This document shows, in pieces, positions 1 to 12,349 of a stretch of 64,000 bases of DNA. A model generated the notes under the pieces. It was given only the letters and a program-made list of their open reading frames with translations, had not been told where the DNA came from and searched no databases. The translations under genes and the position numbers were made by a program. Where the stretch lies: positions 87,110,001-87,174,000 of the forward strand of contig OZ024744.1 of assembly GCA_964016885.1 (NCBI GenBank), given 5' to 3'. Origin of the DNA: Eledone cirrhosa (taxonomy: Eukaryota). The stretch's first letter is position 1, and every line of letters begins with the position of its first letter.

Positions 1-361
1 TCATTCTCGTTCTTTCGCTCTCGCCCCCCTCGCTTATTCTTTCTGCTTTGCCATCTGTCTGTCGTTTCGTTAGCAAATAATGAAAGGATCGGACTGGGCA
101 GACCTGTTGACTCCATGTGTATTTAGTTAGGTTGGCTCAAGTACATACATCTCGTCGAGTCATTTCTATTGACTCAGTCAGTGTTAGGTCTGTAAAGTGA
201 TATCTGGTGTGGGGTTAGGTGAGAGTTGCCAGAAATGGCGGAAAAAAAAAAGTGTGAAGGATGGAAAAAGAATGGAATAGAAAATAAAATGAATGTGTAA
301 CTGTGAAAAAAACTATGTAATGCTCTTAGAATTCATTTGCTACAAGCCAAGAGGTAATTAT

Positions 362-710
<349 letters not shown>

Positions 711-711
711 T

Positions 712-898
712 CTATCCCAGGTTCAATCGGGGGTAGCCACAGTAATGTACTCAATATATAGCAGAGCATAAATATTTAATATAGAAATGGCTTCTACAGG
801 ACTAGAACTGTTTCATTCGGAGAAAATCATCAGGGCTTTCAAGTTGAATTGCTCCGAATGAAACAGTTCTAGTCCTGTAGAGGCCATTTCTATATTAA
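712..898 (-). mobile_element. Short fold-back element in (TA)n (family A), PLE-terminus-like
   Basis: About 45-bp inverted arms (778-822 and 852-896). The minus strand reads CTGATGA-N12-GAAAC. A second copy lies at 22675-22870. Confidence 0.6.
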
Positions 899-932
899 TT
901 ATATATATGTGTGTGTGTGAGAGAGAGAGAGT

Positions 933-1015
<83 letters not shown>

Positions 1016-1217
1016 ATTATGTATATATAATCAGGCATACGTATACATGTATGCATATATGAAAAATTGAAGACAAGTAAAAATATATAAATATATATGC
1101 GTGTTTTCTTTTTGTGTACGTATGTATATACGCATCTTCATCATTATCATCATCATCGTCATCACCATCATTATCATAATCATCATCATCATCATAATCA
1201 ATACCATTATTCATATC

Positions 1218-1400
1218 AGCGGTGAATTGGCAGTATCGTTAGAGGGGAGGGTCGGATGCCATGCTTTGACGTATACAGTTACAGCCCTTGCCATTCTGAG
1301 TTCATAACTTTGCCTTTCATCCTTACGGGGTCGATAAAATAAAGTACCAGTAATGCATTGGGTGATTGCTGGCCTTGTGCCAAAAGTAGAAACAATTATT
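1218..1400 (+). mobile_element. tRNA-derived SINE with Nin/Deu-type central domain
   Basis: A-box-like head (tggcagtatcg), core gcctttcatccttacggggtcgataaaataaagtaccag and (TTA) tail. More than 15 copies in the window. Confidence 0.85.
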
Positions 1401-1545
1401 AGGGTGTTAGATTGGCAGTATCTGTAGAGAGTCAGACAACATGCTTCGCGACATATAGTTACAGCCTTTCAGATTCTGAGTTCAAATCCCGCCGGGGTTA
1501 ACTTTGCCTTTTATTCTGACGGGGTCGATAAATTAAAGCACCACA
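1401..1545 (+). mobile_element. Nin/Deu-type SINE, 3'-truncated
   Basis: Same head, B-box gagttcaaatcc and core as the other copies. Confidence 0.8.
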
Positions 1546-1702
1546 CCCTATTGGGGGCTTTTTTTAATGTTTAGTTCTTTTAGTTTTGTTATAACATTTT
1601 TACAAACAAAAACCTCTGCTGGCTTTATTGTTTTCTTAATGTGAGCCCTGTGTGGCTAATAAAGAAATCATTGTTATTATATTTCTATGTCATTATATCT
1701 TA

Positions 1703-1895
1703 GGGCGGTGGATTGGCAGTATCGGTAGAGGGTCGGACGCCATGCTTTGACGCATAGAGTTACGGTCCTTGCCATTCTGAGTTCAAATCCCGCCCAGGTT
1801 AACTTTGCCTGTCATCCTTACGGGGTTCGATAAAATAAAGTACCAGTAATGCACTGGGTAATTGCTGGCCTTGTGCCTAAAGTAGAAACAATTAT
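1703..1895 (+). mobile_element. Nin/Deu-type SINE, full length
   Basis: ggcggtggattggcagtatcggtagag head, gagttcaaatccc B-box, core and tail. Confidence 0.88.
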
Positions 1896-1949
1896 ATCTT
1901 ATTTTTATTATGTCTTATTTTTATTGCGTGTCATCACTGCGTTGCTGAG

Positions 1950-2975
1950 CCAATAACAGTGTGCCTCGGATGTGAACATCATGGATGAATCGAAAGATTT
2001 CGATAATGTGGACTATCACTACCTGTCGGCTGTCGTCGGTGCGATTATTTGCAGTCGTGTTTTTACGAGATGGATCTGCTGGGTCGTTCAGCATCAGGCG
2101 CTCGGTCCATGAGTGATGGTCCTTTTTTGTCTCTTTTATACGTACTGACTCCTAAGCCACTACTTCACAAGTTAGGGGTACGGCAGGACGTCCTGCGTGA
2201 AATAGAATGTGAAAGATCAGTGTTGTCGGTAAATGCCGTTGACATCTTCGAGGTGGGACGTAAAATTGGCCTACGGGAACAGCTCCATGTCATCTGGGGA
2301 ACAGTTCCATGTCATCCAACAGCTTCGTTGGGCGCCGGACAGACGGGCCAATTACGTTACTCGGGATCCTGTTCGCTCCAGATTTCCAGGTGAACAAATG
2401 CTGGAAATAGCTAATGAGCAAGACAACCGCTCTCACCCAGAAATGGGCCGAGAAGCTATCCCTGTAATGCCAAGTGGTGATGGCCTTTTGCGTATTTCAC
2501 CTCCGTCATATATTACCATCTGATCATAATATTTTGCTGCACAGGAGCGCCTACACTTTGTTTGATTCTGTTTTATGTATGCATTACAATGACCAGTCGA
2601 CATCTGCTGCGTTGATGACTATGCTATAGCTGATGATGAGCAAACATGTGCTGAGGATACGACAAGGCCGACATTACCTTTAGGTTGAACTTCTGAGGTC
2701 GCCGAGAGGGAGTGCTTAATAACTGAAATATCTTCAGCCGCTCACAGCCCTCTATGAGTCGGGCACTGCGATCGGGGAGTTAGTGGCGGGGTAAAGCGTC
2801 GACTTTGTTGGGGAGACTCTGAACTAACCATTCTTTTCCGGAGAACTCTCAGCCCAGCACCGATGCATATTTTCCAGAAATCCCTGGCCTGGTAGTACTA
2901 CCGAAGGGCATTGTCAAATCTAGATAAACTCTAGAGGCACATAAGTGCCGTCAGCCGAGTATGTCTAAGATGATT
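1950..2975 (+). pseudogene. Degraded Tx1/L1-clade LINE ORF2 (RT to C-terminal region)
   Basis: Translations MDESKDFDNVDYHYLSAV, LSLLYVLTPKPLLHKL and FQKSLAW*YYRRAL align with LDQSKAFDRVDHRYLAAV, LLYVLTLEPLLHKL and FQKSLAWQCYRGAL of the 56595-60014 ORF2. Confidence 0.85.
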
Positions 2976-4569
2976 TTGTCTCTCATGTTACTTTTATTCA
3001 CACATGATTCGATTGCTCACATTTTGCAACTGTATTAAAACATTTTTGATGATTTTGGACACCCGGCAGGGCAAAAAACAAAACCCGACAAAGGGCGAAA
3101 GAACTCATAAAAGTCAACGGCTATCTAAGAAAAGAAAATCCTGCTAAATCAATCGGTGGGAATAGCTCCAGCTGCACGCATCGAAATACTGGTGTAGTGG
3201 TTCTGAGAACAATGCGGCTTTACAGATGATCAATGCAAATTGACAATGGAAAGGCGCTCCCGCTCGAGTTAGAAGAGAATTATTGACATTCAGGAGAAGC
3301 AGCGAACCATGATTGTATTCAGTAACCGAAACAAATATGAAGTACACCAAATCCAATGCTCCTAGGGGCGGTCCTGGTTCTTCTTATTTGCAAGTGTAAA
3401 CTCGGCCAGATTAGATTAGATTAGATTAAAACAGATCAGTAGTAAAATACACTGTCACATATAAATGCATAGATGTGAAAAGCAGGCGAGTGGTAAGGCT
3501 GAGAAACTCTGGGACATGAGGATGGTTTTAGAAGGAGGATAATTCTCAAGTTTCAGGTGAGATTCGCATGTGATTATGTGGTGATATGGCACTATATTTC
3601 TCCTCTAAAGAGCGAAGTATTTCTCCTAGTATACATTTCAAGGGATAACCGTCTTTGAGTATTTTTGATGTGACGCCCGAATAGATATCTGTTGACTGGT
3701 CACAACCATTCTACGTAACATATATGATGACAGAAGCGTCTTATAATTTAAAATGTTCCGTCAGGAGAGTTGAGCAGAAACAGCAAATAAGCTACTGTTC
3801 CAAACAGAATGGGAAATGACATAAAATGTCTAAATTAATTAAGCTATGAAACGAAAAACATATCTCAGTGACGATGGGCATAAAAAAGCCTGCGAGCCAC
3901 ATAGGCCATGTCAAATTTCATGCTTTTTCTACACATATCAATAAAATCTCCTAGATACTCAGTAACGACAACAAAATTAAAATAACTACAATTGCACAAA
4001 AACACCGACAGCAGTAGCAGCAACAGCAACAATAATTGCTACAGAAGTTACGGCAACTTCACTCTAGAGCAGCAGCAACAATAGAATAATAAAAAACATT
4101 AGTTACAACAACATTAGTTAACACATTAGGAAACCCCAAGGCATCAACAGGAGGACCAATTTCCCAGCTGTCTCAGAGTAGAAAATGTTACTGAAATCCT
4201 CCCACCCCCAGCAATAAACAAATATAGATGCAGTCATACCTCACCCTCTCTTCAATCGGAGAGATCGTTCTGCGACGATTTCAAAGACAGGAAATCCAAC
4301 ACACGTTAACATTGCACGATTAAATAGACAAAATAGAAGAAAATATCTTCCAAGAGCGATAGAGGCATTTGGTTTCTTCTACATTGAGAAATACATGTGT
4401 ACGTGACCAGGGATCAGCTTTGAATCAAGGTCAATCATTCAAGAACATGAGGTTAATAGGCAAAAATGTTTCTACAGGGTGGCCACAGGGTATAGAACAT
4501 CCCTTATTGTTTTTCACACATAATACTGAAAAAGATTTATTATTTATATTTCCAAATAAAATAATAAAT

Positions 4570-4705
4570 CCCACCGAGGTTAGCTTTGCCTTTCATCCTT
4601 ATAGGGTCGATAAAATAAAGTACCAGTAACGTCCTGGGGTCGATTTAATCGACTTTCTCTTCTCCCTAATATTGTTGGCTTTTTGCTTAAATCACAAATC
4701 ATTAT
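4570..4705 (+). mobile_element. Nin/Deu-type SINE, 3' half
   Basis: Core domain plus the ctggggtcgatttaatcgact tail variant. Confidence 0.75.
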
Positions 4706-5197
4706 TGCTTTAATTATTATGCAAAGATGACGTCCCTGAATATTCAAGACATTGAAGCAAAATTTGTTATATAAATTCAAGTACACCCTATTTCAGCCAC
4801 CACCACCCCAAAAAATTGCGACAAAAAATCTCCCCATGTCATCAACAATCGGAACATCCAAAACTGCCCAACTATTGGAAATATACCTCTACCACTAACA
4901 CCATTTCGACAAAAACAAAAGAAAATACAGACTCTAGCACCGAATGCATCTTTCGTGAAAGTGGTCAGGACGACAGACGCGGTCCAAATAAACCAAAGAA
5001 TTTTACCTGTGTCATACAATACTTAAGAAAGTCGGCCGAAACGTTTCCTTACTTGTATCAGAGCACATTCTTCAGGCCAGAGAAAACGCATTGTAAAATA
5101 CAAGTGCTTAAGCAGCAATATAATAAGCTAAAAACATAACGAGGGAGCAAATCCAAGGATATCTCAATCTAATCTGATGCATCAAAATCTCAGGGAA

Positions 5198-5490
5198 AAT
5201 AATTGTTTCTACTTTTGGCAAAAGGCCAGCAATTACCCAGTATATTACTGGTACTTTATTTTATCGACCCCGTAAGGATGAAAGGCAAAGTTAACCTCGG
5301 CGGGTTTTGAACTCAGATTATAAAGGGCCATAACTCTTTGCTGCAAAGCATGGTGCCCGAGGTTAGCTTTGTTTTTCATCCTTACGGGATCGATAAAATA
5401 AAGTACCAGTAATGCATTGGAAATTTATTTAATCGACTTCCCATCCCCCAAAATTGCTGACCTTGTGCCTAAAGTAGAAACAATTATTGC
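5198..5490. mobile_element. Two Nin/Deu-type SINE pieces in opposite orientation (minus 5198-5360, plus 5356-5490)
   Basis: Reverse-complement core followed directly by a forward core. Confidence 0.8.
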
Positions 5491-5889
5491 TACACTGTAC
5501 TACTGTCAACCCCATGCAGAATGAGCACCACGAAAGAAAGTATTTGGCTCAAGAAATCGAACACATTCGTGAGTTCAACAGCCTAACCGCTAAGCCTCAT
5601 ACTTTAAGGATTAAGGTTTTCAAGCTAGAAATAGCAACACATTTTCTCTGAAATCAAGTCTTTCGCAAGCACTAATATCGTACTAAAACACTCTAACGAT
5701 AAACCAAAGTGCAGCATACAATAGAACTGACACCACGAAGACGAAAAAGATATAATGTGAAATCAGTCTTAAATTTGGCAGCTACATAGGTCTATAACAT
5801 CATATATACTACATTTCTGTAACTCAAGCCAATGAGAGAACCAATATGTATTCGCTAAACCTGCGTAATATAGCAGCCAAATCTACTTT

Positions 5890-6160
5890 ATATAACATCT
5901 ATCTATCTTGAGCGGGTAAAATTCCCGAGATCCATGGACGAGTTCTCTCCAGCGGTCTCTGTCCCACATTATCGCTGCCATGTCCTGCGTCTCCAGCAGA
6001 TCAGTTTCTCTCCTTAGGGCATCGACATATGTTAACCTTCTCTTCCAGTGTCCATACAGCAGCTCCCACAGGAAAAGCGAAGGCGCACATAAGTACAATT
6101 CACGAAATGCACATTGGTTACAGCTTGAAGAAGTTTGATCATAGATTATACTCAATCAAA
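5890..6160 (-). pseudogene. RTE-clade LINE 3' end
   Basis: LFLWELLYGH..RRLTYVDALRRETDL..MAAIMWDRDRWRELV resembles the RTE ORF C-terminus (LLW.P..G..TY.D.L.RDT..AM.DR..WR). Confidence 0.7.
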
Positions 6161-6352
6161 ACTGACCTGTGGTTAAACGACAAAACATTGTTGATCACGT
6201 GTTCTGACTCAGCAACTGAATCATATGAAAGTTATTTTTCTTCGGTGCGAAAATCTTTTCATAAGCTTTCTACTATCACTATGTAGCACTCGTCTCTTGT
6301 TGAATAACAAAATTATACAAACGGAATCTATACGTCATGTGACAGGAGAAAA

Positions 6353-6402
<50 letters not shown>

Positions 6403-6439
6403 ATGTGTGTGTGCATATATACATACATATATATATATT

Positions 6440-6471
<32 letters not shown>

Positions 6472-6548
6472 TGTATGTATGTATGTATGTATGTATGTAT
6501 GTATTTATGTATGTATATAAATGTATACATACATACATACATGAATAC

Positions 6549-6579
<31 letters not shown>

Positions 6580-6861
6580 AATATATTTATATAAGTAAGC
6601 TTATCAAGATATCAAGTATCAAATGCAAGAAGATTTTTCTAAGAGATGAGGTTAAATGTGGTCGAAGTACAAAAGCCATATCGGATCCGTTCGTGCATGA
6701 CTGTCAATCAAGTTCTTCAAAAAGAATCTATGATAGAGGAGAAAAAAAATGTATATGAGTGTGGGAGTATGCCTGTGGTTTTATACACACCTTCACATGC
6801 AGGTGTACACAGAGACACACATTTATAATCATATATATACATATGTATATATACACTTAAA

Positions 6862-6896
<35 letters not shown>

Positions 6897-7051
6897 GAAT
6901 TCATATACATATATATATATATATATATACGAAGCTGATGATGATGATGATGATAATGATGATGATGATGATATATATATATATTCATATACATAAATTC
7001 ATATAGCCGTCGAAACGGCTTGAGCTCTGCCGTCGGGGTCATACTTTATCC

Positions 7052-7090
<39 letters not shown>

Positions 7091-7203
7091 TAAATTCATA
7101 TATATATGTATATATGTATGAATTTAAGTATGTTTGTATATATCTATATATCTTACGCACGTGTGCGTACGTGTATAACTATATATTTTTTAAGAAGCGC
7201 TAC

Positions 7204-7284
<81 letters not shown>

Positions 7285-7437
7285 GGGCGTTTAAATAAGT
7301 GTTTATGGGTAGTTTGTGCACGCATGATATAGCATGCCAAACAAAGTGCTTACCATTTCAATGTCTGCCCTGTCAAAAGACATAGATGAAAATACTATTC
7401 GAATGAACACTAACTCACCACACTTAGAGTAACCCTC

Positions 7438-7570
<133 letters not shown>

Positions 7571-7708
7571 CGTGTGTATATATATATATATGAACACACA
7601 CATATACATATATAAATACGTATATATATATATATACATATATACATACATTCATATATACATACATATATACATACATGCAATCATATATGTATATACA
7701 TATATATG

Positions 7709-7792
<84 letters not shown>

Positions 7793-7882
7793 CATATATA
7801 TGTATACATACATACATACATACATACATACACACATACATACATACATACACACACACATACATACGCGGTTTCTGTGTGC

Positions 7883-7924
<42 letters not shown>

Positions 7925-8009
7925 GCATAAATACGTATATATATATACATATATACATACATTCATATATACATATATACATACATACAATCATATATAT
8001 ATATACATA

Positions 8010-8071
<62 letters not shown>

Positions 8072-8442
8072 CATACATATACATACATACATACATACAT
8101 ACATACATACATACATACATACATACATACATACATACATACATACATACGCGGAAACATACAAATACACACCAACATCATTATCAACAACATTTAATAT
8201 AAACGCCGCCAATAACTACACAAACGACATATATATGCTGTACAGATTTCCTACTGAAATTACGCTGAAATGTCTCAAGAAATGTCTCAAGAAAACGATT
8301 CCACTTCAACCAATCAATTCACCGTGAGTGTCTGTTATACTTTCAAACGAGTTTACGGGAGATCGTTTACGCGTTAACTTAAATACTAGAAATAGTAGCC
8401 AAATTTGCCTTAAACATCAAAATTATCTCAAATGAATATGGA

Positions 8443-8965
8443 TAATACGGTATGGGATAAAATGTGCACATGTACGGTTGAATATTCAAAATGTTTGATT
8501 TGCATACATGACATCCCGTGTTCGATCCCAAATACGGTATGGGATAAAATGTACACATGTACGGTTGAATATTCAAAATGTTTGATTTGCATACATGACA
8601 TCCCGTGTTCGATCCCAAATACGGTATGGGATAAAATGTACACATGTACGGTTGAATATTCAAAATGTTTGATTTGCATACATGACATCCCGTGTTCGAT
8701 CCCAAATACGGTATGGGATAAAATGTACACATGTACGGTTGAATATTCAAAATGTTTGATTTGCATACATGACATCCCGTGTTCGATCCCAAATACGGTA
8801 TTGGATAACATGTACACATGTACGGTTGAATATTCAAAATGTTTGATTTGCATACAAGAGATCCCGTGTTCGATCCCAAATACGGTATGGGGTAACATGT
8901 ACACATGTACGGTTGAATATTCAAGATGTTTGATTTGCATACAAGAGATCCCGTGTTCGATCCCA
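8443..8965 (+). repeat. 87-bp tandem repeat, about 6 copies, with tRNA-like 3' half
   Basis: Unit aatacggtatgggataaaatgtacacatgtacggttgaatattcaaaatgtttgatttgcatacatgacatcccgtgttcgatccca repeats every 87 nt and contains GTTCGATCCC. Confidence 0.95.
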
Positions 8966-9379
8966 CTGTATGGTTTCTTGCACAACGGTCTTTACCAAAG
9001 CTTCAATTTCAGTCAAAGTATATGAGTAAAATTAGATAGAGGGGAAAGTAGGTTGAAAAACCATCAGATGTACTGTACCTGACTGGACACGTTGATTCTA
9101 TTTGTCTATTACGTTAAGGGAACAGATAGATGCATGATATAAAAGCTTAGTTGATCGTACGGCTGAATATTTTTCTTCAACTCGGTACTACGGTAACGAA
9201 AGCAACTACCTGACCAATAGTTCCTTTCTCTGGTATATACGACACTATGGAGTTCTGAAATAGTTACAGATACAAACATATTGCAAATTCAGTCAACTGT
9301 ACAGTATATACATGCATACATATATGCCTGCATGCATACATACATATACATACATTCATAGATACGTATGTGTGCATGC

Positions 9380-9431
<52 letters not shown>

Positions 9432-9433
<2 letters not shown>

Positions 9434-9617
9434 CAAAGGAATTGTGGTAAGGAACCAGATGGACCATAACGCACCAGAGTATTCAATACTTAGGGTAGTA
9501 GAGTGGGAAATAGGAAAAAAGTATGACCCCGACGGCAGAGCTCAAGCCGTTGCGACGGCTATTTCCAGAAATAGCCGCCGAAACGGCTTGAGCTCTGCCG
9601 TCGGGGTCATACGTTTT

Positions 9618-9622
<5 letters not shown>
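9432..9622 (-). mobile_element. Fold-back element in (TA)n (family B), PLE 3'-terminus-derived
   Basis: About 55-bp near-perfect hairpin (9510-9622) plus an 80-bp extension. Relatives at 7003-7053, 10761-10895, 22934-23127, 38953-39010 and 49183-49346. Confidence 0.75.
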
Positions 9623-9660
<38 letters not shown>

Positions 9661-10162
9661 CAAATTAAAACATATATACTCTTTTACTCTTTTACCTGTT
9701 CCAGCTATCCGGCTGAGGCCATGCAGGAGCACCGCCCTCGAGAGATATGTATATATATAGAGAGAGAAAGAGCCATACGTGGTTAGAGAAAGAAAATATT
9801 TAGTACATAAATATAAGCATATAATGTTTTGGAAAACAGTACAGACTTTTTAAAGTGCAAAAGTTTTTATTTTCCTTACGGTACCGTTTGATAGACCATA
9901 AACCGAAGCACAGATCTACCTAAGTTAGCGATACTACGGAATATGCGAAACTAATCTTTGGATAGTTTCAATAAAGTACAAAAATACCAATATATCTGTC
10001 AGTTTCCGAGAATTAGTGAAAACTATAGACGGCATAGTGTGAAGAACGTTTTCGCTGTACCGGCAGATACCAATAGAACTGGACATCGAATCCGCTAGAA
10101 AGAGGTGCGAAGTGCTAGTGACATTATAAGCAATTCAACGAATTAATAATTTGGATAAGTTA

Positions 10163-10669
10163 TATACTAAGATAAGGTATCATAACATATATATAATATG
10201 CATGATGATTATGTTTCTCAGTAGAAAAGCTCAGTGGATGTTTTTCCAGAGCATCAATAATTCAAATTATGAGATATATCTATTAATATATATATATATA
10301 TATATGTGAATGAATGAAGTAATTCCATCGGAAAAGTCCAGGAAAAAAGAGTGTTCTATGTAGGCAACAGAGCTTAATTATTATTATTATGTAATAAACA
10401 ACATAAGGCAATTATTCCATTTACCAGTGGTTTCTTAAAAGCAAAAGGTTTTGCTTTCAATCCTCAGAATGAAAAATCCTGGTTTGTTTATTGAATTTGG
10501 ATTTTAAAAACAAAAATGCAATCTATATGAAAGTGAGGCTGGAAAAGGGAGAAGGAAAGGAAGAGAGAGAAACTGAATTATTGATGCTCTTGAACAAACG
10601 TCCATTGAGCTTTTCTATTGAGAAACATAATCATCATATATATTATATATGCTATGATACCTTTACTTA

Positions 10670-10675
<6 letters not shown>
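10163..10675. repeat. Inverted repeat, about 100-bp arms (10163-10265 and 10574-10675)
   Basis: atgatgattatgtttctcagtagaaaagctcagtggatg...agagcatcaataattca is mirrored by its near reverse complement. Confidence 0.85.
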
Positions 10676-10706
<31 letters not shown>

Positions 10707-10893
10707 TTTCTATTTATTTGCCACGAGGGCACAAAAGAGGGGACAAATAGATATAGGATAAGAATCAGGGCCCCAACGACTGAGCTCCGGCCGTCGGGGT
10801 CCCGACTCGTTTCCTACTACCCACTCTACTACCTTAAGTATCGAGTACTCTGGTGGGTTATGGTCCACCTGGTTCCTTACCACACTTCCTTCG

Positions 10894-10954
<61 letters not shown>

Positions 10955-11176
10955 ATATGTGTGTGTGTATATATATATATATGTATATATATATACACAT
11001 ATATATATACATATATATAACAATGCGTATACATGATCTAAGATAATATGATTGAGATTGTTTTGTTTTTGTTTTTGTTTATTTTTTTTAGGAATGATGG
11101 AAATTTGTTTGTCTTTGTTTTGTTTAGGTATTTTTGGTGGAGGAGGTGATGTTTATTGTTTTCTCTATCTCATGTT

Positions 11177-11387
11177 TGACATTTTGTATTTTGAGATATT
11201 ATTTTGTTTCTTTTTGTATTTTGTTTATTTATTTATTCGTTTCTGTAGCTTTCCTTTTCGTATATTATTGATAAGACGCAAAGAAATATAATAGTTGATA
11301 TTTAAAATATATATATATATATATGTGTATGTATATACACATACATACATACCTATAGATATATATATATACATTTATATATATATA

Positions 11388-11447
<60 letters not shown>

Positions 11448-11566
11448 CATATATATATATATATAGATATATATATATATATATATAGATATAAATACAT
11501 ATATACATATATATACATATATATAAATATTATATATATATATACACATATATATATATAGGTATG

Positions 11567-11608
<42 letters not shown>

Positions 11609-11783
11609 TATGTATGTGTGTGTATATACATACACACACATATATATATATATTTTAAATATCAACTATTATATTTCTTTGCGTCTTATCAATAATATAC
11701 GAAAAGGAAAGCTACAGAAACGAATAAATAAATAAACAAATTACAAAAAGAAACAAAATAATATCTCAAAATACAAAATGTCA
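11177..11783. repeat. Inverted repeat, about 180-bp arms around a (TA)n core
   Basis: 11177-11357 is nearly the reverse complement of 11605-11783. Confidence 0.9.
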
Positions 11784-11874
11784 TATATGCATATGAATAT
11801 ATATATATATATATATACTCATATATATATGTCTGTGTGTGTGTGTGTGTGTGTATATACATATATACACATAT

Positions 11875-11932
<58 letters not shown>

Positions 11933-12349
11933 TATATATATATATGTAACCTTCAACGCATATAAAGTGCATCCCCAATGGAAACCGAAATCTGGAGAAA
12001 TCTTGTGTTGTCCGACCCTTGAACCAAGAAAAGAAGAAGTTTATTCCCAATTGTGTTAAAGGCTTCTTGCATCGCCACTACTCCAAAAACGTCAGTTTTT
12101 GACGGTATTCTCTTGAGAAGCAACGATCAAGTTAAGAGGAACTTAATTAACCGATTAAGTTTCACGCAAAATCTTTTGTCTTCTTTACCTATCATAAACT
12201 TATACAACAGACGGTATTATCCTTACTTTCGTTACAATTGCTGTTGTTCTTTTGGTTGGTTGTTCTTGTTTTTTGAATTTGTGTTTTTTTTTTTTTGTTT
12301 GTTTGTTTGTTTGTTTGTCTGTTTGTTGTTTTTTTTTTTTTGTTAATAC

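Noticed and set aside
8432-9025. 87-bp array as a CRISPR, a Cys-rich protein exon or functional tRNA genes
   Set aside because: No unique spacers or cas genes; open frames follow from a unit length divisible by 3; the cloverleaf stems and A-box are not intact.
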